Position numbers and translations under genes: made by a program
Notes under the pieces: generated by a model
What the model was told of the DNA's origin: nothing
The model's database searches: none
The model's input: only the letters and a program-made list of their open reading frames with translations
NCBI GenBank assembly: GCA_043811375.1
Contig: JBDRNJ010000004.1
Coordinates: forward strand, 1 to 64,000
Source of the DNA: a bacterium
GTDB lineage: Bacteria > Zixibacteria > MSB-5A5 > GN15 > FEB-12
DNA: 64,000 nucleotides
Direction of reading: 5' to 3'
Shown here: positions 1-9,436 of the stretch, piece after piece
How the letters are laid out: the number at the start of each line of letters is the position of its first letter
Numbering within the stretch: position 1 is the stretch's first letter

Positions 1-141
1 CTGGATGTTTATAATAGGAAACGTTTGCATTCCTCGCTGGGCTATCGACCGCCGGACGAATTCGAGGCTCTGCTGAGAAACGAAACCATGAACCGCCAAA
101 CCGTCCTAACCTAAACGGTCCAAGGAAAGGGGTTCATTCCA
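1..141 (+). mobile_element. 3' end of an IS3-family insertion sequence: transposase OrfB C-terminus (1-114) plus right terminal inverted repeat ending at about 141
   Basis: Frame +1 reads LDVYNRKRLHSSLGYRPPDEFEALLRNETMNRQTVLT* (TAA at 112-114). YNxxRxHSSLGY-PxxFE is the typical IS3 integrase C-terminal motif. It is followed by GTCCAAGGAAAGGGGTTCATTCCA ending in CA, as IS3 ends do. The element is truncated by the window edge. Confidence 0.85.
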
Positions 142-207
142 GACCCACTCGGGATGGGCTCATGATCTTCTCAAGTATTTGCCACAAACAGCCACTCTAA
201 AAGTCCC

Positions 208-237
208 TTGCGTTGCCCCCGCCAACAACGTTAATTT
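208..237 (+). promoter_or_regulatory. Putative sigma70 promoter for tRNA-Leu
   Basis: TTGCGT (208-213), 18-nt spacer, TAATTT (232-237), about 27 nt upstream of the tRNA. Confidence 0.4.
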
Positions 238-264
238 GCGATGGCTAATAAAACAGGCTTGCCT

Positions 265-351
265 GCCGGAGTGGTGAAACTGGTAGACGCAGGGGACTCA
301 AAATCCCCCGGTAGCAATACCATGTCGGTTCAAGTCCGACCTCCGGCACCA
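265..351 (+). tRNA. tRNA-Leu (anticodon CAA)
   Basis: Acceptor stem GCCGGAG/CTCCGGC, D-loop with TGGTAGAC, anticodon arm GGGGA-CTCAAAA-TCCCC, long variable arm, T-arm GTCGG-TTCAAGT-CCGAC, and encoded 3' ACCA. Confidence 0.97.
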
Positions 352-379
352 GCTGAAGTAACAAGGGGAGTATGGGAGA

Positions 380-1117
380 ATGAGCTACAACTGGCAATGT
401 CCGTTCTGTGGACGCCACGCAACTTTAACGGAAGCGAGCCTCTGGAGTCACCAGAATCTCATATGTACATCTGACCAAGGTAAGGACGGAAATCTGAACT
501 ATGAGCTTCTGTACGTGGTTTGTCCAAATTCTGAATGTAAAGAGTATACCCTCCAAATTAGATTTTTCCAGCGAAAGCGAGTTGAGGACCAACGTGGCCT
601 TCACAAGTACATAAACGGTGACCTGATTCTCCAGTATCAGATTCGTCCAAGAGGGTCTGCCAAGCCTTTTCCGGACTACATTCCAGAGGTTCTGAGAGAA
701 GACTACGCCGAGGCCTGCTTAATCCTTCAAGACAGTCCGAAGGCGTCGGCCACTCTTTTCCGTCGATGCCTGCAGGGTTTAATTCGTCGATATTATCGGA
801 TAACAAAGAACACTCTATACGACGAGATCAAGGCACTCGAGTCGACTTTACCACCGGACCTATGGGATGCTGTGGATAGTATACGAGAAATCGGAAACGT
901 GGGTGCACATTCGGAGAAGGACGTATCCAAGATTGTGGACGTTCCCCCCAAGGCAGCTCACGCACTCAGAGAGTTAATCGAACTTCTGTTTGAGGAGACC
1001 TACGTCAAGGATCATCAGCGGCAGCAGAGGATCAAGAAGGCCAATGAGGCCGCCCAGGATGTCAAGTCCCAGGAGTCTCCGCCGGATAGTAGCGTCGATA
1101 GTGAAACCGGGAATTGA
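380..1117 (+). CDS. DUF4145 (HEPN-like) domain protein with N-terminal Zn-ribbon
   Basis: CPFC and CPNSEC cysteine pairs. SPKASATLFRRCLQ, LYDEIKAL and IREIGNVGAH match the DUF4145 pattern. A GGGGAG/GGGAG Shine-Dalgarno lies upstream. Confidence 0.8.
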   Translation: MSYNWQCPFCGRHATLTEASLWSHQNLICTSDQGKDGNLNYELLYVVCPNSECKEYTLQIRFFQRKRVEDQRGLHKYINGDLILQYQIRPRGSAKPFPDYIPEVLREDYAEACLILQDSPKASATLFRRCLQGLIRRYYRITKNTLYDEIKALESTLPPDLWDAVDSIREIGNVGAHSEKDVSKIVDVPPKAAHALRELIELLFEETYVKDHQRQQRIKKANEAAQDVKSQESPPDSSVDSETGN

Positions 1118-1149
1118 TACGGCAGCATTCTGCTTCTGGCCCCTATACC

Positions 1150-1179
1150 TTGACAGATCGGTATCGGCAGGCCTATATT
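1150..1179 (+). promoter_or_regulatory. sigma70-type promoter for the epimerase gene
   Basis: TTGACA-N18-TATATT. Confidence 0.6.
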
Positions 1180-1303
1180 GATCGAATACGCCGGGTGATA
1201 CAACACGGCGTCTCGGTTGCGGTGGATTTGATGTCCAATGTAATATCAATCGTTGCCGATACAAGTGACATAACAGGTGACAACCAGTGAGGCCTACAAG
1301 ACA

Positions 1304-2236
1304 ATGAAATATCTCATTACCGGCGGAGCCGGGTTTATCGGCTCTAATATCGCCCGTCAACTGACGGGTCATGGTGAGCAGGTTCGTATCCTGGACGATT
1401 TCTCTTCAGGTCGGCGAGAGAATGTAGCCGACCTGCCCGATTCTGTGGAGGTTATCGAGGGCGATATCCGCGACTACCCGACCGTTGAGACCGCTGTCAA
1501 GGGTATAGACTACGTGCTGCACCAGGCGGCGTTGCCATCGGTGCCCCGTTCGATCAAAGACCCGCTGACCTCCAACGCCGTCAATATAGACGGCACCCTC
1601 AATGTGCTGGAAGCGGCCAAAAACGCCGGTGTCAAAAAGCTGGTGTTCGCCTCGTCATCGTCGGTGTACGGAGAATCGGAGGAACTGCCCAAGCACGAGG
1701 CCATGACTCCCTCTCCCCTGTCACCCTATGCCGTCACCAAAGTGACCTGTGAATATTATTGCCGGGTGTTCTGGCAATTGTACCGGTTTCCTACCGTCTG
1801 TCTGCGCTATTTCAATATCTTTGGACCCTATCAGGATCCGGGTTCGGAATATGCGGCCGTGGTACCCCGGTTTATCACTCGTTTTCTGGAGGGCCAGGCG
1901 CCTGTCGTCTATGGCGATGGTGAGCAGTCACGCGATTTCACTTATATTGACAACTGCGTGCAGGCCAATATCCTGGCGGCCACATCCGACAAGATCGTGG
2001 GCACTCACTTTAATGTCGCCTGTGGCGGCCAGTTCACTCTCAACGACCTGCTGGACAAACTGCGAAAGATTATCAGCGTCGATATCACCGCCCAATACGA
2101 CCCGCCCCGACAGGGAGATATCCTGCATTCCTTTGCGTCGATCGACAAACTGGAAGCGCTCGGTTTCAAACCGAAAGTCGATTTCGAGGAAGGACTGCGC
2201 CGGACAGTTGAGTTCTTCCGCTCACAAACGTCGTAA
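1304..2236 (+). CDS. NAD-dependent nucleotide-sugar epimerase/dehydratase (WbpP/GalE-like extended SDR)
   Basis: GGAGFIG, ASSSSVYG, catalytic YAVTK, LRYFNIFGP and GDGEQSRDF motifs. Start moved to the ATG of MKYLITGG. Confidence 0.92.
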   Translation: MKYLITGGAGFIGSNIARQLTGHGEQVRILDDFSSGRRENVADLPDSVEVIEGDIRDYPTVETAVKGIDYVLHQAALPSVPRSIKDPLTSNAVNIDGTLNVLEAAKNAGVKKLVFASSSSVYGESEELPKHEAMTPSPLSPYAVTKVTCEYYCRVFWQLYRFPTVCLRYFNIFGPYQDPGSEYAAVVPRFITRFLEGQAPVVYGDGEQSRDFTYIDNCVQANILAATSDKIVGTHFNVACGGQFTLNDLLDKLRKIISVDITAQYDPPRQGDILHSFASIDKLEALGFKPKVDFEEGLRRTVEFFRSQTS

Positions 2237-2272
2237 TTGACGTTGCATACTTACGGACCAACATCCTCCCGG

Positions 2273-2782
2273 TCAAATCGAGAACTTCCAGCCGCAATAG
2301 AATTCTATACCGGCTGATTCGTCCGGTGGACAGGAAATACAGTCAGTCTTGATTCTCGGATCGATAGTCCGGGCAAACCCCGAGTACTCAACTATCCCTA
2401 CTGATTTGCATGGGAAAAGCGGCATCTGCTTGCGCCGTCGGGCTGCCTGCACGCGGCAGTTGACCATGTAGAAACAAAAAGAGTTATCGCTTTCGTCTCT
2501 GATCTCCTGCTCGTTGATGAAAGCGTAGAGACGGAATCCCAGCGCCTTCTTCAATCCTTCCAGACCGCTGTCGGGAGAGATATTGTGCCGGGCCATAATG
2601 CGTTTGGCTTCGATTACGGTGAATTTCTCCCAGGCTTCACGGTCGAGTTCGATAGCCGCCCCCATACCGATTTTTTTCTCGACCGCCTGAAACCACAGTC
2701 CGTCATGGGCCAGCCAGTTGCGGGCAAAATCACCCAGCATCCCCTGCATCAGCTCGCGGCTTAACTTGTCCGGTTGTTGCAT
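2273..2782 (-). CDS. DUF6125-like protein (V4R-like, Cys-rich C-terminus)
   Basis: NWLAHDGLWFQAVE, CRVQAAR, PCKSVG, FARTIDPRI and CISCPPD...CGWKF motifs. Confidence 0.7.
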   Translation of the reverse strand: MQQPDKLSRELMQGMLGDFARNWLAHDGLWFQAVEKKIGMGAAIELDREAWEKFTVIEAKRIMARHNISPDSGLEGLKKALGFRLYAFINEQEIRDESDNSFCFYMVNCRVQAARRRKQMPLFPCKSVGIVEYSGFARTIDPRIKTDCISCPPDESAGIEFYCGWKFSI

Positions 2783-2969
2783 CTGCCGTCACCTCTGGTA
2801 CGTTTGTCATTTCTCTTATCTGCCGATTGGTCAAATCTATTGGCAAAAACCGGTTTTTAACACTATTTTTCTATATCCGGCCGGCTGGCCGACATTATTA
2901 TTTCAACGGGAGCAGATTCTGTTCTCGAATGAGCCAACTGGGAGCCTTGAAATCCGGAGATTTAAGAAT

Positions 2970-5900
2970 ATGACAAACGTATCTCGATACCTGGTAGTCC
3001 TGCTGATCACTCTCTGGGCGAGTGAGGTCCATTCGGGAGAACTGGACCGGGATCTGGCTGAAACCATCCTTAACCGTCAGTCTGACGAATTAGTTGCGGT
3101 CTGGGTAGCACTGCCACCGGTACACGATGTCGCTACTTTCAAAGCATCTTTAAGCGCTCAGGTCAATACCCGGACGGCTCGTTACCGTCTCGCGGTCGAC
3201 CGGCTGCGGCGTGATCACAGCGATGCTCAACAGGCGGTGGTACAGAAGCTGCGGCAACTGCAGGCAGCAGGTCTGGCAGCGTCGATTAAGCCCCACTGGA
3301 TTGCCAATATCGTAGAAGCCGAGGTAGCAGTCAGCGAACTGGCTGCCCTGGCCGCCCGCCCTGATGTTAGGACAATCTTCGCGGTGCCGAAAATCACTGC
3401 TATCAAACCGACACGGGTTGATTGGGCACCATCAATGGCCGCCGGAGTGGAGGACAACCTGAAGTTCATCAACGCCGATGATGCCTGGGCCGCCGGATAC
3501 ACCGGAACCGGACGAGTGATCTGCTCCTTTGATTCGGGTGTGGACGGGTTGCACCCGGCTCTCTTTAATGGTTGGAAAGGCCACGACGGTGACTCCGCCG
3601 CTGCCTGGTTTGACCCGCGCGACAGGGAGTCGTTCCCCCATACAATATCCGGCGTGTCGACAAGTCACGGCACTCAAACGATCGGCATTACAGTCGGGCA
3701 CGATGATGTTACCGGCGACACGGTCGGCGTGGCACCGGGCGCCATGTGGATTGCAGCGGCCGTCATTGATATTCCGGGCACTTCCATCATCGACGCTTTC
3801 GAATGGGCGGCTGATCCGGACGGCGACCCCAATTCCATTGACGACCTGCCCGACGTTATCAGTCATAGTTGGGGAGTACCGGATATCGGCTGCGCAAACA
3901 TCTTTTATGACATGATCGACAATGTCGAGGCCTTGGGAATTGTCAACATCTTTGCCGCCGGTAACGATGGTCTCCCTTGTGATACGTGCCCCGGCACTGT
4001 CCGCAATCCGGCCAACCGGGCCAATGACTCCCTGGACTGCTTTGCGGTCGGCAACATTAACAGCTCGATCACTCCGCCTACGGTTATAGGCAGTTCCTCC
4101 CGTGGGCCATCCGACTGCAACGGCGCCATCAAGCCGAACGTCACCGCCCCCGGTGGCGGCATCAGGACTTCCACACCCGGTGATGGTTATGCCACACTGG
4201 GCGGCACCTCGGCAGCGACACCCCACGTGGCTGGGCTGGTAGCCCTTTTGCGGCAGAAAAACTCCAACGCCACCGTGGATGAGATCAAACAGGCTATTAT
4301 CGCCGGCGCCAGGGACTTCGGCTACAGCCTGCCCAACAACGACTACGGCTGGGGTATAATCGACTGCATGGCGGCACTCAATGCCCTGTCGGCAATCAAT
4401 GTCAGGGGGAACGTGAGGCTTTTCGAGTTTGATCATCCGTCGATAGCACCGGGTGATATCGTTGCCGGTACTGTGATCCTGCAGAACATCGGGGAGCCGG
4501 TGACCGATGTGTCGGCTACATTGACCGGTTCCGACCCGTCACTGACAGTGCTGAACGGCAGCGCTTTCTTCGGCAATATCGGTGAAGGGGACACCGTGCG
4601 CTCGACTGACAGTATCCGGGTGATCGTCTCCGACACCGTGACGGAAGGTTCTATCCTATCGCTCGACATGGTGCTATCCGGCAATGGGTACAGTCAGACG
4701 GTCAAGTTGTACTTCGTGGTAGAGCCGGTCAGCCAACGGCTGTTTGTGACGCACAACGCCGGGCGGGTCAGTTTCACCGTCGGCAATTTCGGCACTTACA
4801 GTATGGGTCCCAATTCCTTTTTCCCGGCCGGTGGACTGGGCTTTACGTTCGACGGCAGCACCGACGACATTTATGAATGCGGGTTAATGATTGCCACCGA
4901 TGCCGACCATGTATCCGACGGACTGCGCAATGCCGCCGGGGAGCCGGACGGTGACTTCGCCGTGCTGCCGGGCGGCAACATCCAACTGCGGCAACCCGGA
5001 GCGGTCGCCACCGAGGAGACTTTCGCTCGGTTTGATGACAGCCGGACCGGGAATCCGCTGGGAGTAGAAATCGCTCAGCAGACTTATGCTTTTGACTATC
5101 CTCCCTACGATCAACTGATCATCATTCGCTACATTCTGACGAACACTAATCCCTACGACCTGATGGGAGTGTACGTGGGGTTGTATGTCGACTGGGATGT
5201 AAACTCCTACGGCGCCAATGCCGGCGGCTGGGACTATGACCACGAGTTTGCCTGGACAGCCTACAACACGGCTTTCGAACTGGTGGATTACCGGGGTGTT
5301 AAAGTTGTCCATGGGCAACCGGCCACCACCGTCACGGCCAGAGCCGATATTCTGGCTTACTATCCGGAAGGACTCACGGAACAGGAAAAGTACTCATCGC
5401 TCACCCAGGGTTTCGCATCCGATTCCACCTATATGAACGCCGCCAACGATCTGCTGCAACTGGTGGCTGTGGGACCATTGACATTAGGCTCCGGTCGGCC
5501 GGACACGGTCGCTTTTGCAATGCTGGCGGGCAACACGTTTGATGACATTGCTCTGACAGCTCTAACCGCGCAATGTGCTTATACCCGTGAGGTCATGGGA
5601 ATAAGTGGTGTGCAGGAGGCTATAGACAGTATTTACCCGTCACCTGATTCAACCCGGGATCTCCTGGTCACCAACAGGTCGATCAGTATTCAATTCAACC
5701 AGGCAATAGCAGCCGGATCGCTGGCGGATCACTTGTTCGTGAATAGCGCCAAAGGTGATATATGGTCTCCCCCGGTTTACGATTCGCTCAATTTCGTGGT
5801 CACGCTCAACCACACCACCGACTATTTGCTGTCGCTGGACACCATCGAACTGATCCTTGACCCTCAGATCGTACCGGGGTCCAACTGCCCTCTGGATCAT

Positions 5901-6641
5901 AGCTTCATCGATACATTCTTCATCGGAGCCGCCGTTTATCCGGGTGATGCCAACAACGACGGCGTCGTCGACGAGCGCGATATTCTTCCCATAGGACTGC
6001 ACTGGAACAAAATCGGTCCGGTCAGAGCCGACAGCGGCGATATATCGTGGACGATGAAACCGGCGCACGCCTTTGTGCCGGATCGCCGATGGACTCCGGC
6101 CACGGCGGTCTTTGCCGACGCCGACGGATCGGGACTGGTCGACACCTTTGATATCTGCGCCGTTGCCGGTAACTGGTCGCTGACACACAACGGCGCCCGG
6201 CATGCTACCGGCGATAACTGGAGTGTTGTCCTGAAGCAGCTTGATGGTGACCGTCGTTTACAATTGCGAGCAGCGCTGGAAACCTGCCCGGACAGTCGCG
6301 GTAAGCAGGAATTGATCGGTATCCTGCAAACAGCTCCCGAGGATGAGTCTGCCGGTCTGCCGAAAACGTACCAACTCTACCAGAACTATCCCAATCCCTT
6401 CAATCCCAGCACCGTGATCCAGTTCTACCTGCCCCGGGAAAGCCACGTGACGCTGGATATCTACAATATACTGGGGCAGAAAGTGGTAGTGTTGCTGGAT
6501 GACCACGTGGGACGGGGTTTCCGTCAGGTAGTCTGGAACGGAGTCGACCAGTCCGGCCGGGCCGTGGCATCGGGAGTTTACTTCTACCGGCTGGAAACAG
6601 ATGAGGTTACGTCGACAAAGCGCATGACCCTGCTCAAGTGA
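2970..6641 (+). CDS. Secreted S8 (subtilisin / bacillopeptidase F-like) serine protease with dockerin-like repeats and C-terminal FlgD-Ig/T9SS-type sorting domain
   Basis: Signal peptide MTNVSRYLVVLLITLWAS. Triad FDSGVD / HGTQT / GTSAATPHVAG, oxyanion motif AAGN. GDANNDGVVDERD and DADGSGLVDTFD repeats. C-terminal QNYPNPFNP...WNG...SGVYFYRL. Confidence 0.9.
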   Translation: MTNVSRYLVVLLITLWASEVHSGELDRDLAETILNRQSDELVAVWVALPPVHDVATFKASLSAQVNTRTARYRLAVDRLRRDHSDAQQAVVQKLRQLQAAGLAASIKPHWIANIVEAEVAVSELAALAARPDVRTIFAVPKITAIKPTRVDWAPSMAAGVEDNLKFINADDAWAAGYTGTGRVICSFDSGVDGLHPALFNGWKGHDGDSAAAWFDPRDRESFPHTISGVSTSHGTQTIGITVGHDDVTGDTVGVAPGAMWIAAAVIDIPGTSIIDAFEWAADPDGDPNSIDDLPDVISHSWGVPDIGCANIFYDMIDNVEALGIVNIFAAGNDGLPCDTCPGTVRNPANRANDSLDCFAVGNINSSITPPTVIGSSSRGPSDCNGAIKPNVTAPGGGIRTSTPGDGYATLGGTSAATPHVAGLVALLRQKNSNATVDEIKQAIIAGARDFGYSLPNNDYGWGIIDCMAALNALSAINVRGNVRLFEFDHPSIAPGDIVAGTVILQNIGEPVTDVSATLTGSDPSLTVLNGSAFFGNIGEGDTVRSTDSIRVIVSDTVTEGSILSLDMVLSGNGYSQTVKLYFVVEPVSQRLFVTHNAGRVSFTVGNFGTYSMGPNSFFPAGGLGFTFDGSTDDIYECGLMIATDADHVSDGLRNAAGEPDGDFAVLPGGNIQLRQPGAVATEETFARFDDSRTGNPLGVEIAQQTYAFDYPPYDQLIIIRYILTNTNPYDLMGVYVGLYVDWDVNSYGANAGGWDYDHEFAWTAYNTAFELVDYRGVKVVHGQPATTVTARADILAYYPEGLTEQEKYSSLTQGFASDSTYMNAANDLLQLVAVGPLTLGSGRPDTVAFAMLAGNTFDDIALTALTAQCAYTREVMGISGVQEAIDSIYPSPDSTRDLLVTNRSISIQFNQAIAAGSLADHLFVNSAKGDIWSPPVYDSLNFVVTLNHTTDYLLSLDTIELILDPQIVPGSNCPLDHSFIDTFFIGAAVYPGDANNDGVVDERDILPIGLHWNKIGPVRADSGDISWTMKPAHAFVPDRRWTPATAVFADADGSGLVDTFDICAVAGNWSLTHNGARHATGDNWSVVLKQLDGDRRLQLRAALETCPDSRGKQELIGILQTAPEDESAGLPKTYQLYQNYPNPFNPSTVIQFYLPRESHVTLDIYNILGQKVVVLLDDHVGRGFRQVVWNGVDQSGRAVASGVYFYRLETDEVTSTKRMTLLK

Positions 6642-6657
6642 GGTCGCATCGTACCGA

Positions 6658-7791
6658 TCATGTTTCCTGCTCTGACAGAAATGGGACCGCCCTGACACCT
6701 CCGGTTTTTTCTATAATAGCCGCTTCGTCCGAGGTCCGGCAGACGGCAATCAACCGTTCGGTCGGAATCACCGACATATCCAGGTCACCACGAAAGCGAT
6801 ACTCCTGCTCGGCGCGCCAGTCTGTTTTACGACCGATCGACTGGCTCAACCAGGTAGCTGCGCCGGCGCTCAGCTTGTGATCGACTGTGGAATACTCAAC
6901 AGGTCGGATTCCTGACAGGACAGCCTGCTCTCGCTCGATTCCAATACCATAAGGCTCAAAAGACATTTGCCGATACCGCGACCGCCAGCGCATCAGCGAG
7001 ACCATATCTGCCGGGGTCGTCGCCGAAAAAGAAACTGTTTTTATGCCGCCCGGCATCTTCTTGCCGGATGCTACCAACCGACCGGTTGCAAGAATGTTCA
7101 GCAGGGTGCAGAAACCACTATGAGGGTAGTCCTCAGACTGAATTATCGCCAGGTAATAATCGATCAGCCACTCGGTCGGCCAGGCTGAGTTCGAAGCACG
7201 GGTCCAGTGAATCAGGTACTTGTCAGTCAGCTGATGGAGTTCCGGGTTCAGGTGGTGGCTGTCAATCGTGTAGGCCAGTGGCTGTCTGCGTGGCTGGTGC
7301 GATACCCGAAATCTTTCATCAACTGTCTTTCCACGACTACCCGCCTTTCGCAGAAATCGATCCATGTGGCCATTACCGCGAACGGAGACTGGAATCAGCA
7401 AACACGCAGCTTCAACTACTGCCTGATCGCGTAATAGCCGGTGGCTTTCTATTGCGTCGCTCTCCCTGTGCTTGCCAACCGGGATAAAGTCTACCAGCGC
7501 CGAATCAAGCTCAAACTCGGCAATTGCTCGCTCTTGCTCGACAGCCGATTCCCGGGCGGAGTCAGTCAGCATAAACAGCTTCAATTCCATTTTCTCCAAC
7601 GATGCCACCGCCGTCAGAAGGTCCCAGGTCGGCATCCCCAGCGACGAGCAAATAGCATACCCCTCGGATTTCAGCCATCGGATGGCGGCTACTGATTGCC
7701 GCACCCAATCGTCCCTGCCGGTAGGCCGCAAAGGCTGGCGCGAAAGCAATATGGCCGCTGTTTTTTTCACAGATTCAATAACTCCGGGCAC
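6658..7791 (-). CDS. Hypothetical two-domain protein: SLOG/DprA-like N-terminal domain plus AbiGi/ADP-ribosyltransferase-like C-terminal domain
   Basis: The ORF is open to 7998, but a TTGTTT-N17-TATTAT promoter-like motif lies just upstream of GTG 7791, so the start is uncertain. C-terminal motifs: LIHWTR, LLNILATG, VSFS, YGIGI, GIRPVEY, WRAEQEYR. Confidence 0.5.
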   Translation of the reverse strand: MPGVIESVKKTAAILLSRQPLRPTGRDDWVRQSVAAIRWLKSEGYAICSSLGMPTWDLLTAVASLEKMELKLFMLTDSARESAVEQERAIAEFELDSALVDFIPVGKHRESDAIESHRLLRDQAVVEAACLLIPVSVRGNGHMDRFLRKAGSRGKTVDERFRVSHQPRRQPLAYTIDSHHLNPELHQLTDKYLIHWTRASNSAWPTEWLIDYYLAIIQSEDYPHSGFCTLLNILATGRLVASGKKMPGGIKTVSFSATTPADMVSLMRWRSRYRQMSFEPYGIGIEREQAVLSGIRPVEYSTVDHKLSAGAATWLSQSIGRKTDWRAEQEYRFRGDLDMSVIPTERLIAVCRTSDEAAIIEKTGGVRAVPFLSEQET

Positions 7792-8027
7792 CCCCGAAAC
7801 ACCACCAAAGATAATAACTCGCAGGTCAGGGGAAAACAACCCCACAGCGACCAGTTCTTGTAGAGCAAGCCTCGGCGCAGGCTGTGCCATAAGTCCGAAT
7901 CGTGCAGTTTTGAGGGTGGCGTCAGGTGACTCGCCGAGACTTGCCGCCGGTGGCAGGAGTAGGACTCCGGCCCTGCTTTTTTTGAATAACGGGAACAAAA
8001 ATCTTGGCTCCGCAGTTAAAATAATAG

Positions 8028-8064
8028 TTTACAAAATCGTAATGATTATGTATGATCATTCGAT
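8028..8064 (+). promoter_or_regulatory. suf operon promoter with overlapping inverted repeat (candidate Rrf2/Fur-type operator)
   Basis: TTTACA-N17-TATGAT with an extended TG. The dyad AATGAT-N8-ATCATT (8041-8060) is flanked by ATCG/CGAT. Confidence 0.6.
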
Positions 8065-8112
8065 TATATGCTCAGTGGCAACCGGTTGATTGCCGCTGGG
8101 TGGAGAAAGACA

Positions 8113-8628
8113 ATGAGAATATCGTCAGTTGAAGAATACGGATTGAGATGCCTGGTGGCGCTGGCGCGACAGGGAATTGCCGGCCAGATATCAATATCGG
8201 ATATCGCCGAGGCCGAGGGTCTTTCTACGGCTTACGTGGCCAAGCTGCTGTCGATCTTGCGGCGGGCCAGGCTGGTGCGGGCAGTTCGTGGTCGGCATGG
8301 TGGCTTTTGCATCGCCCGCCAGCCTGACCAGGTGACTTTGCTGGAGGTTATCACCGCTCTGGGAGGTCCGCTGATATCTCCCGATCATTGCTCGCGTTTC
8401 ACGGGACAGATGAATCAATGCGTGCATACGGGCAATTGTTCCGTTCACGAGATTCTCGATAGTCTGGCCGGCAACCTGAGCGAATGGCTGGCTGGCACCA
8501 CCTTGCAGGATTTGATAAAACACAAACGACCCGACAGCTCCCGTCCTGACCAACGCGAGGGACTGACACCGATACCGGTCACAGTGGACGGGATTGGGCC
8601 GACGGACGTTGACAGTCATCGCAGTTGA
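8113..8628 (+). CDS. Rrf2-family (IscR/SufR-like) Fe-S transcriptional regulator
   Basis: EYGLRCL winged HTH, VRGRHGGF, and three Cys plus His (C-x9-C-x5-C-x2-H). First gene of the suf cluster. Confidence 0.9.
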   Translation: MRISSVEEYGLRCLVALARQGIAGQISISDIAEAEGLSTAYVAKLLSILRRARLVRAVRGRHGGFCIARQPDQVTLLEVITALGGPLISPDHCSRFTGQMNQCVHTGNCSVHEILDSLAGNLSEWLAGTTLQDLIKHKRPDSSRPDQREGLTPIPVTVDGIGPTDVDSHRS

Positions 8629-8665
8629 CGAAGCGGAGAAGATTAAGGAATAGGACCAAAGAATA

Positions 8666-9432
<767 letters not shown>

Positions 9433-9436
<4 letters not shown>

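Noticed and set aside
241..474. 77-aa ORF in the track
   Set aside because: It overlies tRNA-Leu and the start of the DUF4145 gene, so it is spurious.
2718..2969. N-terminal extensions in the ORF track (S8 protease; likewise maf, trxA, thiolase, DUF6754 gene)
   Set aside because: Downstream starts fit the signal peptides, RBSs or promoters better, and the extensions overlap other features or promoter DNA.
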